Positions 9,846-17,803 of a stretch of DNA of 64,000 nt are shown in pieces. This DNA is from an uncultured delta proteobacterium (GTDB lineage: Bacteria; Myxococcota; Myxococcia; Myxococcales; Myxococcaceae): positions 128,001-192,000 of the forward strand of contig CAVQKE010000005.1 in the NCBI GenBank assembly GCA_963713045.1. The letters are read 5' to 3'. Positions within the stretch are counted from its first letter, which is position 1. Each line of letters opens with the position of its first letter. A program made the translations under genes and the position numbers. A model generated the notes under the pieces. It was given only the letters and a program-made list of their open reading frames with translations, did no database searches and had not been told where the DNA came from.

Positions 9846-10301
9846 AGGATGTCCTCCAGCTTGGACAAGGCTGCGGGCGAGAGAAGTTTTTCTTCGCGGG
9901 CAATCTCAATGGCGTCCCGCAGAATCTCTGCTTCCTGAGTCTTCTTCCCGAGCAGCCGCTGGAGCTCGCGCACCTGCGCTTTGAGTTGCTGGACCTCCGA
10001 CTGGGCCACCACCGGCTCGCCGGCCTTCAGCCCCGTCAGGCTTCCAGCATCCCGGTGCTGCCGCCAGCGGAAGAGCAGGCTGGAAGCCAGCCCGTACTTC
10101 CGAGCCACCAGGGACACGCTGCTCCCAGGTGCCTCAGACTCCGTCAACAGCTGCAGCTTCTCTTCCGCCGAGTACCGGCGCCGTCGCCTCGGCGGCTCAT
10201 TCACCCCGCTCGTCGGGGCCACTTCGGGGGTCTTCTTTTCCATCGGTCAGACTCGCTTCCTACTTCATCGAGCCTGTCCGGTCCTCCAGGGGGCTACATC
10301 A
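8995..10301 (-). mobile_element. IS3-family insertion sequence, IS2 group (1307 bp)
   Basis: Imperfect terminal IRs TGGAGTTGCCCCC-GTGAAACCGGACAGG and TGATGTAGCCCCCTGGAGGACCGGACAGG; TG..CA ends; orfA plus orfB; no target duplication. Confidence 0.92.
9842..10243 (-). CDS. IS2-like transposase OrfA (HTH_Tnp_1)
   Basis: RRRYSAEEKL..VSLVARKYG..LFRWR; zipper ELQRLLGKKT; A-run at 9887-9891 in the orfA/orfB overlap is a candidate -1 slip site. Confidence 0.9.
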   Translation of the reverse strand: MEKKTPEVAPTSGVNEPPRRRRRYSAEEKLQLLTESEAPGSSVSLVARKYGLASSLLFRWRQHRDAGSLTGLKAGEPVVAQSEVQQLKAQVRELQRLLGKKTQEAEILRDAIEIAREEKLLSPAALSKLEDIL

Positions 10302-10466
10302 GCTCTCCTGTCCGCGCCCGCGACTGCGAAGCACCTAGGCGTCTCTCTCGCAACAGTCTATTCGCTGGTGGTGGCCACACGGCAGCTTCACGGCGTCGGA
10401 ATCTCGAACGCCATTCGCATCCACCCGGCCAACCTGGCGGCCCGTCTGGCGTCGCGCAGAGATTGA
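10302..10466 (+). pseudogene. Excisionase-like HTH_17 gene, 5'-truncated by the IS
   Basis: LLSAPATAKHLGVSLATVYSLV..QLHGVGISNAIRIHPANL matches the Xis/MerR-like winged-HTH pattern; begins at the IS end. Confidence 0.7.
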
Positions 10467-10530
10467 CAGTCCCGTTTGCCCGAGTGCTCGAGACATCCAC
10501 TCACCAGAGCCTTGACGTCCACTGGGCAGG

Positions 10531-10569
10531 TTGTGCCCGCGCTCACTTCTGGCTACACTCTAGCCAGAA
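10531..10569 (+). promoter_or_regulatory. TA promoter with palindromic operator
   Basis: TTGTGC-17-TACACT; perfect IR ttctggcta-cactc-tagccagaa (10547-10569) runs into the ATG. Confidence 0.65.
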
Positions 10570-10862
10570 TGGGGTGCCGCATCCTTCTGGCGCCGGAGGC
10601 GGTCGAAGACCTCCGCCGCTTGAAGGCGAATGTTCGGGTGGCCGTGCGACAAGCCATCAGGACTCACCTAACAAATGAGCCCACGAAGGTGAGCAAGAGC
10701 CGAATCAAGCGGCTTCGTGGGTTGACAAGGCCGCAGTACCGGCTCCGTGTTAACGAGATCCGGGTTTTCTATGACATTGCGGGGAGCACTGTGGAAGTGC
10801 TCGCCGTCGTCCCGAAGTCGGAGGCAGAAGAATGGCTCGCGCAGTTCGGAGGTCCCGAGTGA
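10569..10862 (+). CDS. RelE/ParE family toxin
   Basis: APEAVEDLRRL...IKRLRG...YRLRVNEIRVFYDI. Confidence 0.88.
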   Translation: MGCRILLAPEAVEDLRRLKANVRVAVRQAIRTHLTNEPTKVSKSRIKRLRGLTRPQYRLRVNEIRVFYDIAGSTVEVLAVVPKSEAEEWLAQFGGPE

Positions 10863-11098
10863 ACGAAGTTCCGCTCTCTGAAGTGAAGGACGACCTCTCC
10901 AGGTACCTTCGCCAGGCCGAGCAGCGACCGGTGGTCATTACCCGGCATGGCAAGCCGGCCGGTGTTCTCATCGGCTTCGAGTCGGAGGATGACTGGTTTG
11001 ACTTCAGACTTGAGTACGACCCACGCTTCCTGGCACGCGTGGCGAAGGCGCGGGCCAGCTTGCGTGCGGGGAAGGGTGTTCCTCTAGAAGACGTCTGA
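10859..11098 (+). CDS. Phd/YefM family antitoxin
   Basis: LSEVKDDLSRYL..AE..PVVITRHGKPAGVL; GTGA overlap with the toxin. Confidence 0.9.
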   Translation: MNEVPLSEVKDDLSRYLRQAEQRPVVITRHGKPAGVLIGFESEDDWFDFRLEYDPRFLARVAKARASLRAGKGVPLEDV

Positions 11099-11253
11099 GC
11101 TACTCGCGCCGCACACTACCCGAGCGACTTGATTCGGGTGTCGGTGGCGCTGAGCTAGCTCACAGGCCCCGGTCCCGCCCGCGTAGCGAAGAGGGCAGCG
11201 TGTTATTGACAGATTGTTGACGGGAGCTGCGAAAGGGGGGTCGAGGACTACGG

Positions 11254-11286
11254 AACAGAAGAAAAGCCTCGGGGTTATCGAGGCTT
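11254..11286 (-). terminator. Intrinsic terminator following the displaced tRNA 3' end
   Basis: AAGCCTCG-7nt-CGAGGCTT hairpin followed by TTCTTCTGTT on the minus strand. Confidence 0.6.
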
Positions 11287-11290
11287 GGAT

Positions 11291-11317
11291 GAGCGGGAAA
11301 AGGGATTTGAACTCTCG
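11291..11317 (-). repeat. att core: direct repeat of the tRNA-Gly 3' end
   Basis: gagcgggaaaagggatttgaac is identical to 24929-24950; 26/27 match extending to 24955. Confidence 0.92.
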
Positions 11318-11561
11318 CGAGGCCTGGAAAAACCCCAACGAGTGCGGCGGGTTGTCCGCCAAGTCCGCGAGACCATTCAAATCCCCTTCCCTTTTGTGCC
11401 GTTTCGTACCGCCCTGGACCGACCGATTCCGCAGGGGAACAGCACATAGACAGCACATGAAACGCGCACCGCGCGTGGCACGCCGACCCCACCAAGAAAT
11501 CGAGCCCCGGTCCCGGCGCAACGCCAGCGTGCACTGCGTCTGCAGACTGGTGCCATCCCTC

Positions 11562-11854
11562 TTAGGGCAACTCGCGGGCAGTCCAGTAGCCAGGCCGACG
11601 CTTGGAATGAGCCACAGCGATGACGAGAATCCGATTCCCATCGAGTCTGGGAATCTCGAGAGGCGGTGTCGACGCCAGGGCCGACCGCCCTTCCATACAG
11701 GCGCCTGCTCTGGGCGCTCAGTCAGAGCTCCGAACGCGTGATCGACCGCACCAACGAACTCCAGCCCCAAGCCCGGGCGTCGGGCCTCGTACCAAACTGC
11801 CGTCTCCTCTATTTCTGAGATTGCCTCCGGGTGAACGACCGGTGGCGAGGTCAC
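11562..11854 (-). pseudogene. ParE-like toxin with a 16-bp frameshifting deletion
   Basis: Paralog of 24089-24397 (293 vs 309 bp); YVVFY codons missing; the C-terminus ILVIAVAHSKRRPGYWTARELP lies in another frame. Confidence 0.88.
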
Positions 11855-12075
11855 GACTTCTTCAGGCGCTCGAGGATGCGGCTGCGGACCTCGGTCCACG
11901 GCCGAGCCTGCCCGACGCCTTGTGCTTCCCGCGCATCCAACTCACGTAGCCACTCCGCCTCCCACTCAGGGTCGGCGCCTTCGACGCTGTCGATGAGTTC
12001 TGAGGCGAGGGCAAGGCGCTCCTCTTCAGGAAGTTCGAGGGCCTCGGAAGCAAGCGTTCGGACGGAGCGGGCCAT
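11851..12075 (-). CDS. Addiction module antitoxin component (TIGR02574-like)
   Basis: EALELPEEERLALASELIDSV...EWEAEWLRELDAR...PWTEVR. Confidence 0.85.
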   Translation of the reverse strand: MARSVRTLASEALELPEEERLALASELIDSVEGADPEWEAEWLRELDAREAQGVGQARPWTEVRSRILERLKKS

Positions 12076-12314
12076 GCAGGATTCTTCTTCTAACACGCCT
12101 TGGCAACGCACAGAATGGCGGGAGGGAACCCTCACCCCGATGAGGCAAGGCCCGGCACTGGACAGCACACAGCTTGAGCTCGCGCCTTGTCGCTCGGCAG
12201 TTCCGCCTGCCGCCCCGACCGACCCTGGTCTAGCCTCTCCCGGTACGTCCTCGACTCGGCAACAGGCCTTCAGGGCGCGCACTCTTCGAGGCGTCGACGA
12301 GTTCCGAGCAGACG

Positions 12315-12767
12315 ATGGCGAAGAGACTGAATGAGGCGAAGTGGAAGGGCCCGTGGCTCATCCACTTCTTCAAGCGTCATCGCGACGACGACCCGGCCGA
12401 AGAGATTCCAGGTCGCATATTTCTCGATGCGTGCCCAACACCTGTCCGTGCGAAGCTGATTGCCATCATCACCGCGGTCGCCGACGGACCACCGCCGAGT
12501 TTTAGTGGCGGAGGCAAGTGGGAAGCGATGCATGACGCGATGCGCGGCTTCTACGAGGCTCGGGCCGACGGGGAAAACAGAGAGCATTTCCGGCTCTTCT
12601 GTCTCCTTGAGCGTGAAGGCGCTGCCGTCGGACTTCGCGGCCCAAGCCTCATCATCATCACCGGGATGCGCAAATCCTTCAGGACGAGCTTCACTTCGAG
12701 GAACTACGCCGGCGTGCGCCTGCTCGGTGACGAGTTCCGAAGGCGCCGGCCACGATCGATTGCTTGA
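12315..12767 (+). CDS. Putative RelE-fold (HigB/Gp49-like) toxin
   Basis: P.R.FLD.CP..VRAKL...WEAMH..M.GFYEAR...HFRLFC...IIITGMRK resembles Gp49/HigB. Confidence 0.6.
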   Translation: MAKRLNEAKWKGPWLIHFFKRHRDDDPAEEIPGRIFLDACPTPVRAKLIAIITAVADGPPPSFSGGGKWEAMHDAMRGFYEARADGENREHFRLFCLLEREGAAVGLRGPSLIIITGMRKSFRTSFTSRNYAGVRLLGDEFRRRRPRSIA

Positions 12768-12768
12768 G

Positions 12769-13116
12769 TTAGCCACTAGCTTCGCGTGCAGGCAGCCTTC
12801 GACCCCTTCCAGCGCGTCGGGGTTCGAGGCCTAGCTTGCAGTCGAGCGCGACCACAAGTCGAATGACGGTGTCGAGCGTTGGGTTTGGCTCGCTCGACGT
12901 GAATAGGCGGCGGACGACTTCGGGCTTCATGCCCACCAACTTTGCGAGGTGGGACTTAGTCAGCCCCGTCTGTTCACGTCGCGCGTCGAGCGCGCGAACA
13001 AACGCATCGACCGAGTCAATCTCGCTGCGAGCGCTCTCGTACGCGCGAGCAAACGCAGGGTCCTTCATCTGACGTTGCAAGTACGTATCGAAGCCAGTCT
13101 TGGGGCGCCGCGCCAT
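12769..13116 (-). CDS. XRE/HigA-like HTH antitoxin
   Basis: FDTYLQRQMKDPAFARAYE N-terminus; RREQTGLTKSHLAKLVG..NPTLDTV HTH; RBS aggagg. Confidence 0.82.
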   Translation of the reverse strand: MARRPKTGFDTYLQRQMKDPAFARAYESARSEIDSVDAFVRALDARREQTGLTKSHLAKLVGMKPEVVRRLFTSSEPNPTLDTVIRLVVALDCKLGLEPRRAGRGRRLPAREASG

Positions 13117-13133
13117 AGCAACAACCTCCTCTG

Positions 13134-13169
13134 CGTAACTTATAAGTCACGTCGGGTTGTTCTGCAAGG
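13134..13169 (-). promoter_or_regulatory. Promoter and operator of the HigA-like gene
   Basis: TTGCAG-17-TATAAG on the minus strand; near-perfect palindrome cgtaacttataagtcacg (13134-13151) covers the -10. Confidence 0.65.
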
Positions 13170-13230
13170 GAGTTGCTCCCAAGACCGGTCACGACGCACG
13201 TTATGAGCAGCGCGATATCTCGATGACGAA

Positions 13231-13264
13231 AGCGGGCTCAACCCTAGACCCTCGCCTTGGCAAG
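13231..13264 (-). repeat. Degenerate tRNA-Gly 3'-half remnant (second att)
   Basis: 13240-13264 aaccctagaccctcgccttggcaag matches tRNA 24948-24972 at 24/25; preceded by agcggg like the acceptor end. Confidence 0.8.
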
Positions 13265-13279
13265 CCGCTTGGGAGCGAT

Positions 13280-13519
13280 TCAGGCCCTCGTGCTCCTTGA
13301 GCCACTGACGCAAGAAGTCGTTGACGTTCTCTTGGGCGAGTTCCGCTTTAAGAACCGCTCCAGCGCAATAACCCCACCCAACCAGTGAATGCTGCCAAGA
13401 GCGGCAAGAACAAAACGGGTGTACTTCCCGTAACCCGACGCCCGCGATTGTGACTCAAGAGCCGGGACCTGGCTCGGGGGAGCTATCGCCTTGTCTGCGT
13501 CGCTGGGGTCGTCGCTCAT
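13280..13519 (-). pseudogene. Fragment of a hypothetical gene
   Basis: Protein-like N-terminus (KYTRFVLAALGSIHWLGGVI) that degenerates at the att remnant. Confidence 0.35.
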
Positions 13520-13664
13520 CGGAGACTTTGGATAACGTAGACTCGCTCGGCCGGCTCGCCGGCGAGCCAGTCAGCCAGTTGCAGTGGCGCTCCTCAGCTA
13601 GGGCAAGCCTCTACCCTCGTTTTGAGACTTTCTTAGGAGTTGTCGGTGCCGGACGCGCAACAGC

Positions 13665-13816
13665 CACCCCCTGTTCTGCAGGACGTGCGGGATAAATCCT
13701 TAGCCAGGGGCACCGGGCCCGACGGCGAGCCGATGACCGCAGTGAACGTTCGCTGTCTCGACGGCTTTGCTCTGGACCAGTTCCGGGTGGCCGAGCTCAA
13801 TGGGCGAAGCCGCTGA
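13665..13816 (+). pseudogene. GFA/CENP-V family C-terminal fragment
   Basis: Manual translation with one frameshift near 13700: HPLFCRTCGINP/ARGTGPDGEPMTAVNVRCLDGFALDQFRVAELNGRSR*. Confidence 0.75.
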
Positions 13817-13940
13817 CGCTCCCGTCAAGCGAGATTTGCCCACAGGAGGAAGGTCTCCTCAGCGATGCAGAAGCCTCCGCGCGATCGCTACCCGATGCGC
13901 TCGCGATAGCCGGGGCGCTCGAGGCCGCGGCGCAAGAGCT

Positions 13941-14912
13941 TTAACTCCGTCTGGTGGCGCCGACCGCGATCAGGCCCGCAGCGAGCACGACGAACACGAG
14001 GTTCCCCAGCCGCGCGACTTCACCGAGCGCGGGCACCGCGCTGAAAGCGTGGATCGCATAAGCCATCGCCGCGCCGCCTGCGAGCGCCAGTCGATCCAGG
14101 GCGGCCTCGTCGGCGCGACGCGATCGACGCCAGATCGCCGAGACGCTCGCGGTCACGAGCACGAGCTCTGCGGCGACCGCCCACCAACCCCATCCGCGAG
14201 GGATCGACAAAAACGCTGAGGCGGCGGCGAAGCTGGCGCCGCCGAGGAGCCATGGATTCGATCTCCGGCCGACCTCGCTTCTGGGAGCTCGCCTCGGCAA
14301 CATGAAGGAGAATGCGACCAGCGCCACGACGATCGCCGCTGCCCCGATGAGCTGCCCGGGCGACGCCACGAAATGACTCGGGTCCATCTGAACCGTAAAG
14401 GATGCGACGGAGACACAAGCGGCGACGAAGACCACCGCGACAACCGCGAGCCCCACCGGACCGAGCCACGCCGACGCGGCCAGCCGTGGCACCAGCGCCT
14501 CGACCAGGGCGATAGGCACGGCGATACTCCATACCATATGAAGCGTGAGGACGAAGACGGAGTACCAGAGTCCGATGCCGAGCTCCGGTAGATAGGCCGT
14601 CTCCAGCAAATGCAGATTCTTGCCGAGAAAGTTTGGATTGAACAACGACTGTGTCAGGAACGCTTCCTCGAGCACGCCGTACGCGAGCGCGAGGACGAAG
14701 ATGGCCGGCCATCCGCGATCGGTCCTGCGAACCGTCTCGCGAACGAGCAGCGCACCGCCGCCATAGAGCGGCGCCAAGATTGCTAGCATCCCGAGCTGCG
14801 TGATGGACATGTTCCCGAGCAGGTACTCAGCGACGAGCGGCGCGACGAGCACCAACCCGGCCGCTGGAAGCAGCCCGCCGGCGGCGTGGTTCGTGGATGC
14901 GAAGCTGCTCAT
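13941..14912 (-). CDS. Conserved multi-pass membrane protein
   Basis: APLVAEYLLG, LYGGGALLVRE, LAYGVLEE..QSLFNP; about 9 TM helices. Confidence 0.75.
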   Translation of the reverse strand: MSSFASTNHAAGGLLPAAGLVLVAPLVAEYLLGNMSITQLGMLAILAPLYGGGALLVRETVRRTDRGWPAIFVLALAYGVLEEAFLTQSLFNPNFLGKNLHLLETAYLPELGIGLWYSVFVLTLHMVWSIAVPIALVEALVPRLAASAWLGPVGLAVVAVVFVAACVSVASFTVQMDPSHFVASPGQLIGAAAIVVALVAFSFMLPRRAPRSEVGRRSNPWLLGGASFAAASAFLSIPRGWGWWAVAAELVLVTASVSAIWRRSRRADEAALDRLALAGGAAMAYAIHAFSAVPALGEVARLGNLVFVVLAAGLIAVGATRRS

Positions 14913-14951
14913 GAGGTCTCCTTGCCGGGGGGACCCCGAGCATCTAGGATA

Positions 14952-14984
14952 GCTTGATGACTAAGTCGCTTAGTCACTAAGATA
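14952..14984. promoter_or_regulatory. Putative MarR operators
   Basis: tgactaag-tcg-cttagtca (14958-14976) overlaps cttag-tca-ctaag (14969-14981) between divergent genes. Confidence 0.65.
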
Positions 14985-15001
14985 CTTATTACCCGTCAAG
15001 G

Positions 15002-15493
15002 ATGTCGAACAGGCCAACACACTCCCGCAGGCGCCAGGACCTCCTCGAGCGCGTCGGCATGGACCTCGGACGCGAACTCAGCGCGCGGACCGTGTTTTTT
15101 CACGAGGCGGTGGCCCGCAAGCTCGGGCTCGGCGCCACCGACACCCGTTGCTTGGATCTCATCGGACGCTCGGAAGCTCCGGTGACCGCCGGGGATCTCG
15201 GGCGGGCGACCGGCCTCACGACCGGCGCGATCACCGGAGTTCTAGATCGGCTCGAAGCAGCCGGCATGGTCGCGCGCGTGCGCGACGCCGACGATCGCCG
15301 CAAGGTGTTCGTCCGCCCTCTGGCGGAGGCGCAGCGGCAACTGGCACCTTATTACGAGCAGCTCGGCGCGGCGATGATGAAGCTGGCCTCGAGCTACTTG
15401 ACACCGGAGCTCGAGCTGATCGCCGACTTCCTGGAGAAGAGCCTCACGGTGCTGAAGGACCAGAGCGCCGAGCTCTCAGCCACGCGGGGATAG
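15002..15493 (+). CDS. MarR family regulator
   Basis: LGLGATDTRCLDLI..TAGDL..TGLTTGAITGVLDRLE..DRRKV. Confidence 0.92.
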   Translation: MSNRPTHSRRRQDLLERVGMDLGRELSARTVFFHEAVARKLGLGATDTRCLDLIGRSEAPVTAGDLGRATGLTTGAITGVLDRLEAAGMVARVRDADDRRKVFVRPLAEAQRQLAPYYEQLGAAMMKLASSYLTPELELIADFLEKSLTVLKDQSAELSATRG

Positions 15494-15519
15494 TTTACGC
15501 GCCGGTCGCGCAGTTGCAG

Positions 15520-15672
15520 GCCGCGAATGCAATCGCAGACCCGGTAGATTCTTTGAGCATTCGAGCCGACCTGCAGTCGGGCGACCATCTACATCCGAAT
15601 GACGCCGGGTATTTGGCGATGGCGAACGCGATCAATCAGCGCCTATTCGGAAGGGATCAGCCCAAGAAGTAG
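15520..15672 (+). pseudogene. SGNH/GDSL hydrolase C-terminal fragment
   Basis: ADP....IRADLQSGDHLHPNDAGYLAMANAI block V (DxxH); no N-terminus. Confidence 0.7.
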
Positions 15673-16081
15673 GCTCGGCTTCCGAACCGGACTCACAAGG
15701 AACGGCCCAAGGGTAACGGCGGCATCGGAGAGGGCAAGGCCGCCCGCTTTCACATCAGCGGACGGACACAAATCGGACTAGTGTTCCGTTCCGCCATGTG
15801 ACTTTTTAGAGGTGGAATCGCGAGCCGACGCCAAATTCTGGCGTTGGCGCGGTGGTACCTCCATAGGGGTCCGCCCCCCACAAGGGCGGCTGCATCAGAA
15901 GGCACGCCGTCGTGTGACGCTGGTTGGTCGTGGGAGCGAATCGTTTCGGCCGACTTTTCAGGCACTGGCAGAGCAGCGTCCGATGGACACCAACCCTTGT
16001 CGGTGTCAGCCCGGGTCTCCCGGTAGCTACAGCGCTCCGGAACCGGCCTTCGTGCTGTGCCATCGACCGGTCGACTGGTCC

Positions 16082-16477
16082 CTATTTCAGAGCAATGTCC
16101 ACCCCGCTAACACCGCCGTCTACGTCGAAGGCAACCTCGTCGAACTGCGGCTTGTGCCAGCCGGAGAAGGCCTTGAAGAATCCGTTTGGCTCTGTCGGTC
16201 CAAAGAGGCCCATGTCGAGGACCCCATTGCCATTGACGTCTTCGAAAGCACTCAAGGCCCACCGGCCGGGGGTGACCTCAAAATGAAACACCATTGGCTC
16301 TCCGGCGTAGATTCGGAGGGACTGCGTTGGTTCGGAGAGAAATCCCTCGGACTGCCACAGAGCGACAAGCACCGCATGTCTTCCGGACATCCCAGTCACC
16401 CTGCCAGCAATAGTCAATCGCGGGCTGGTCGCTCCCAACCCGACCGTGATGACCGCGCTGACCAAAACCCACCTCAT
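16082..16477 (-). CDS. DUF2141 family secreted protein
   Basis: PGRWALSAFEDVNGNGVLD...GPTEPNGF...KPQFDE; ATGA overlap with the upstream gene. Confidence 0.78.
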   Translation of the reverse strand: MRWVLVSAVITVGLGATSPRLTIAGRVTGMSGRHAVLVALWQSEGFLSEPTQSLRIYAGEPMVFHFEVTPGRWALSAFEDVNGNGVLDMGLFGPTEPNGFFKAFSGWHKPQFDEVAFDVDGGVSGVDIALK

Positions 16478-16926
16478 CGAAGCCCAGGAAGCCCCGCGAG
16501 CCAGACAAGCAGAATGACCGCGTAGGCATTCACCAGCGCCGTGCGAATCCAGTGGGTTGCGAGAATCTTCGTGAGGTAGGGGCTCTTCGACCCCAGCTCG
16601 TCCTTGCTGAGCTTCGCCTGCCAGCGCGCCCAGAACAGCCCCGTTCCAGCGTGACTTGTGAGTTGGCACGCCAGTGCTCCCCACACGACCCATATGGGCC
16701 CCTGTGGCCGGTACCATAAGAGACCGATCGCACCAGCGAGTGCCAAGGCCACCGGCGCGAGAACCCAGTAAGGGAGCTTGCTCCAATGGGCGAACTGCAC
16801 GCGGTGGAAGGCATCGGTGTCGACGAGCTTCCAGGAACGGAAGATGTCGAGTTCATGAGCCCAGATGGTGCCCACGTTGTAAAAGGCGAGCGCCAAGTTC
16901 AAGAGAAGAAAACGACTCGGGCTCAT
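16474..16926 (-). CDS. Four-TM membrane protein (DUF1772-like)
   Basis: Four hydrophobic helices; THWIRTAL C-terminal motif; operon with MarR. Confidence 0.65.
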   Translation of the reverse strand: MSPSRFLLLNLALAFYNVGTIWAHELDIFRSWKLVDTDAFHRVQFAHWSKLPYWVLAPVALALAGAIGLLWYRPQGPIWVVWGALACQLTSHAGTGLFWARWQAKLSKDELGSKSPYLTKILATHWIRTALVNAYAVILLVWLAGLPGLR

Positions 16927-17390
16927 TAAAGCGCCTGCCTCGAGACAACGGGAGCGAGAAACGCCTCAACGACCTTGGATAGGACTGAGCTGAGCTCCGC
17001 AGCCAAGGCCGGCGGTACACGGGCAAGCGCCGCGTCAAAGCGTGCGGCCCGGGCTGCGGACACCCGCTCCAGGAGCCGTTTGCCCCTGTTGCTCAGTAGC
17101 ACGTGCCGTTCCCTGCGGTCCTGCGTGCCTTCGTTTCGAAGCAGCAAGCCTGCTCGAACGAGCTTGTCCACCAACTGGCTCATCGCAGGTCTCGACAGCC
17201 CGAAGTCGTCCGCGATTGCTGAAATTGTCTTAGGCTGCCTCGATGCCTCCAGGGTGGCCAATTGGGCGGTCGTCAGCTTCGCCGCGTGGACGAGAGGCAG
17301 CGTCTTTCCGAAGTCGTACCGGTGCATTTCCGTCATGAAGCGAACCACCGAAGAACCTGGACTTACCCGGCGTAAGTGTAGTTTCGTCAT
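16926..17390 (-). CDS. MarR family regulator (start uncertain)
   Basis: LTTAQLATL..TISAIA..GLSRPAMSQLVDKLV..DRRE..LS..G. Confidence 0.88.
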   Translation of the reverse strand: MTKLHLRRVSPGSSVVRFMTEMHRYDFGKTLPLVHAAKLTTAQLATLEASRQPKTISAIADDFGLSRPAMSQLVDKLVRAGLLLRNEGTQDRRERHVLLSNRGKRLLERVSAARAARFDAALARVPPALAAELSSVLSKVVEAFLAPVVSRQAL

Positions 17391-17803
17391 CGAAATGATT
17401 CGTATCATGAAACTATCATCTCGCGTCAGGGCGGACGAGCGCGAAGGGTGGTCGTCCCGGCGAGATTCTCGTGACATGGTGTACGGCGTGGGCGACACCT
17501 AGCACCGGGTCAGTGTTGTGGGCAGCCGCTGAGGTCCCAGGGGCCACCTGGCTGGAACCCGAAGTAAGCCACTCGCAGCGGGCGCCCACGAAGGCTGCTG
17601 ATAGTTCGCGGTCACGGACCCACGCGCAGTCCGGGGCGCGAGATACTGCGGAAGCGTTGCTTGACCCTCCGGCTAGTCACGCGTAACCCGTCCGCGCAGC
17701 CGCCAGAGTGATGCCAGCCAGCGCGGTTACGCGTCGTTGCCAGTCAGAGCCAGTTGAGCAGCATGTCTGGCTCCTATGGGGGGGCCGCAGCTAGGAGGCA
17801 AAC

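Noticed and set aside
12096..12106. Third tRNA remnant (cgccttggcaa)
   Set aside because: Only 11 bp; lies in the TA promoter region whose paralog reads cgcgttggccg; probably chance
11291..13264. Functional second or split tRNA gene
   Set aside because: No D arm or 5' acceptor strand accompanies either remnant, so no cloverleaf can form
15779..15810. IS630/IS5-like terminal repeat (ctagtgttccgttcc)
   Set aside because: No partner inverted repeat or transposase remnant found
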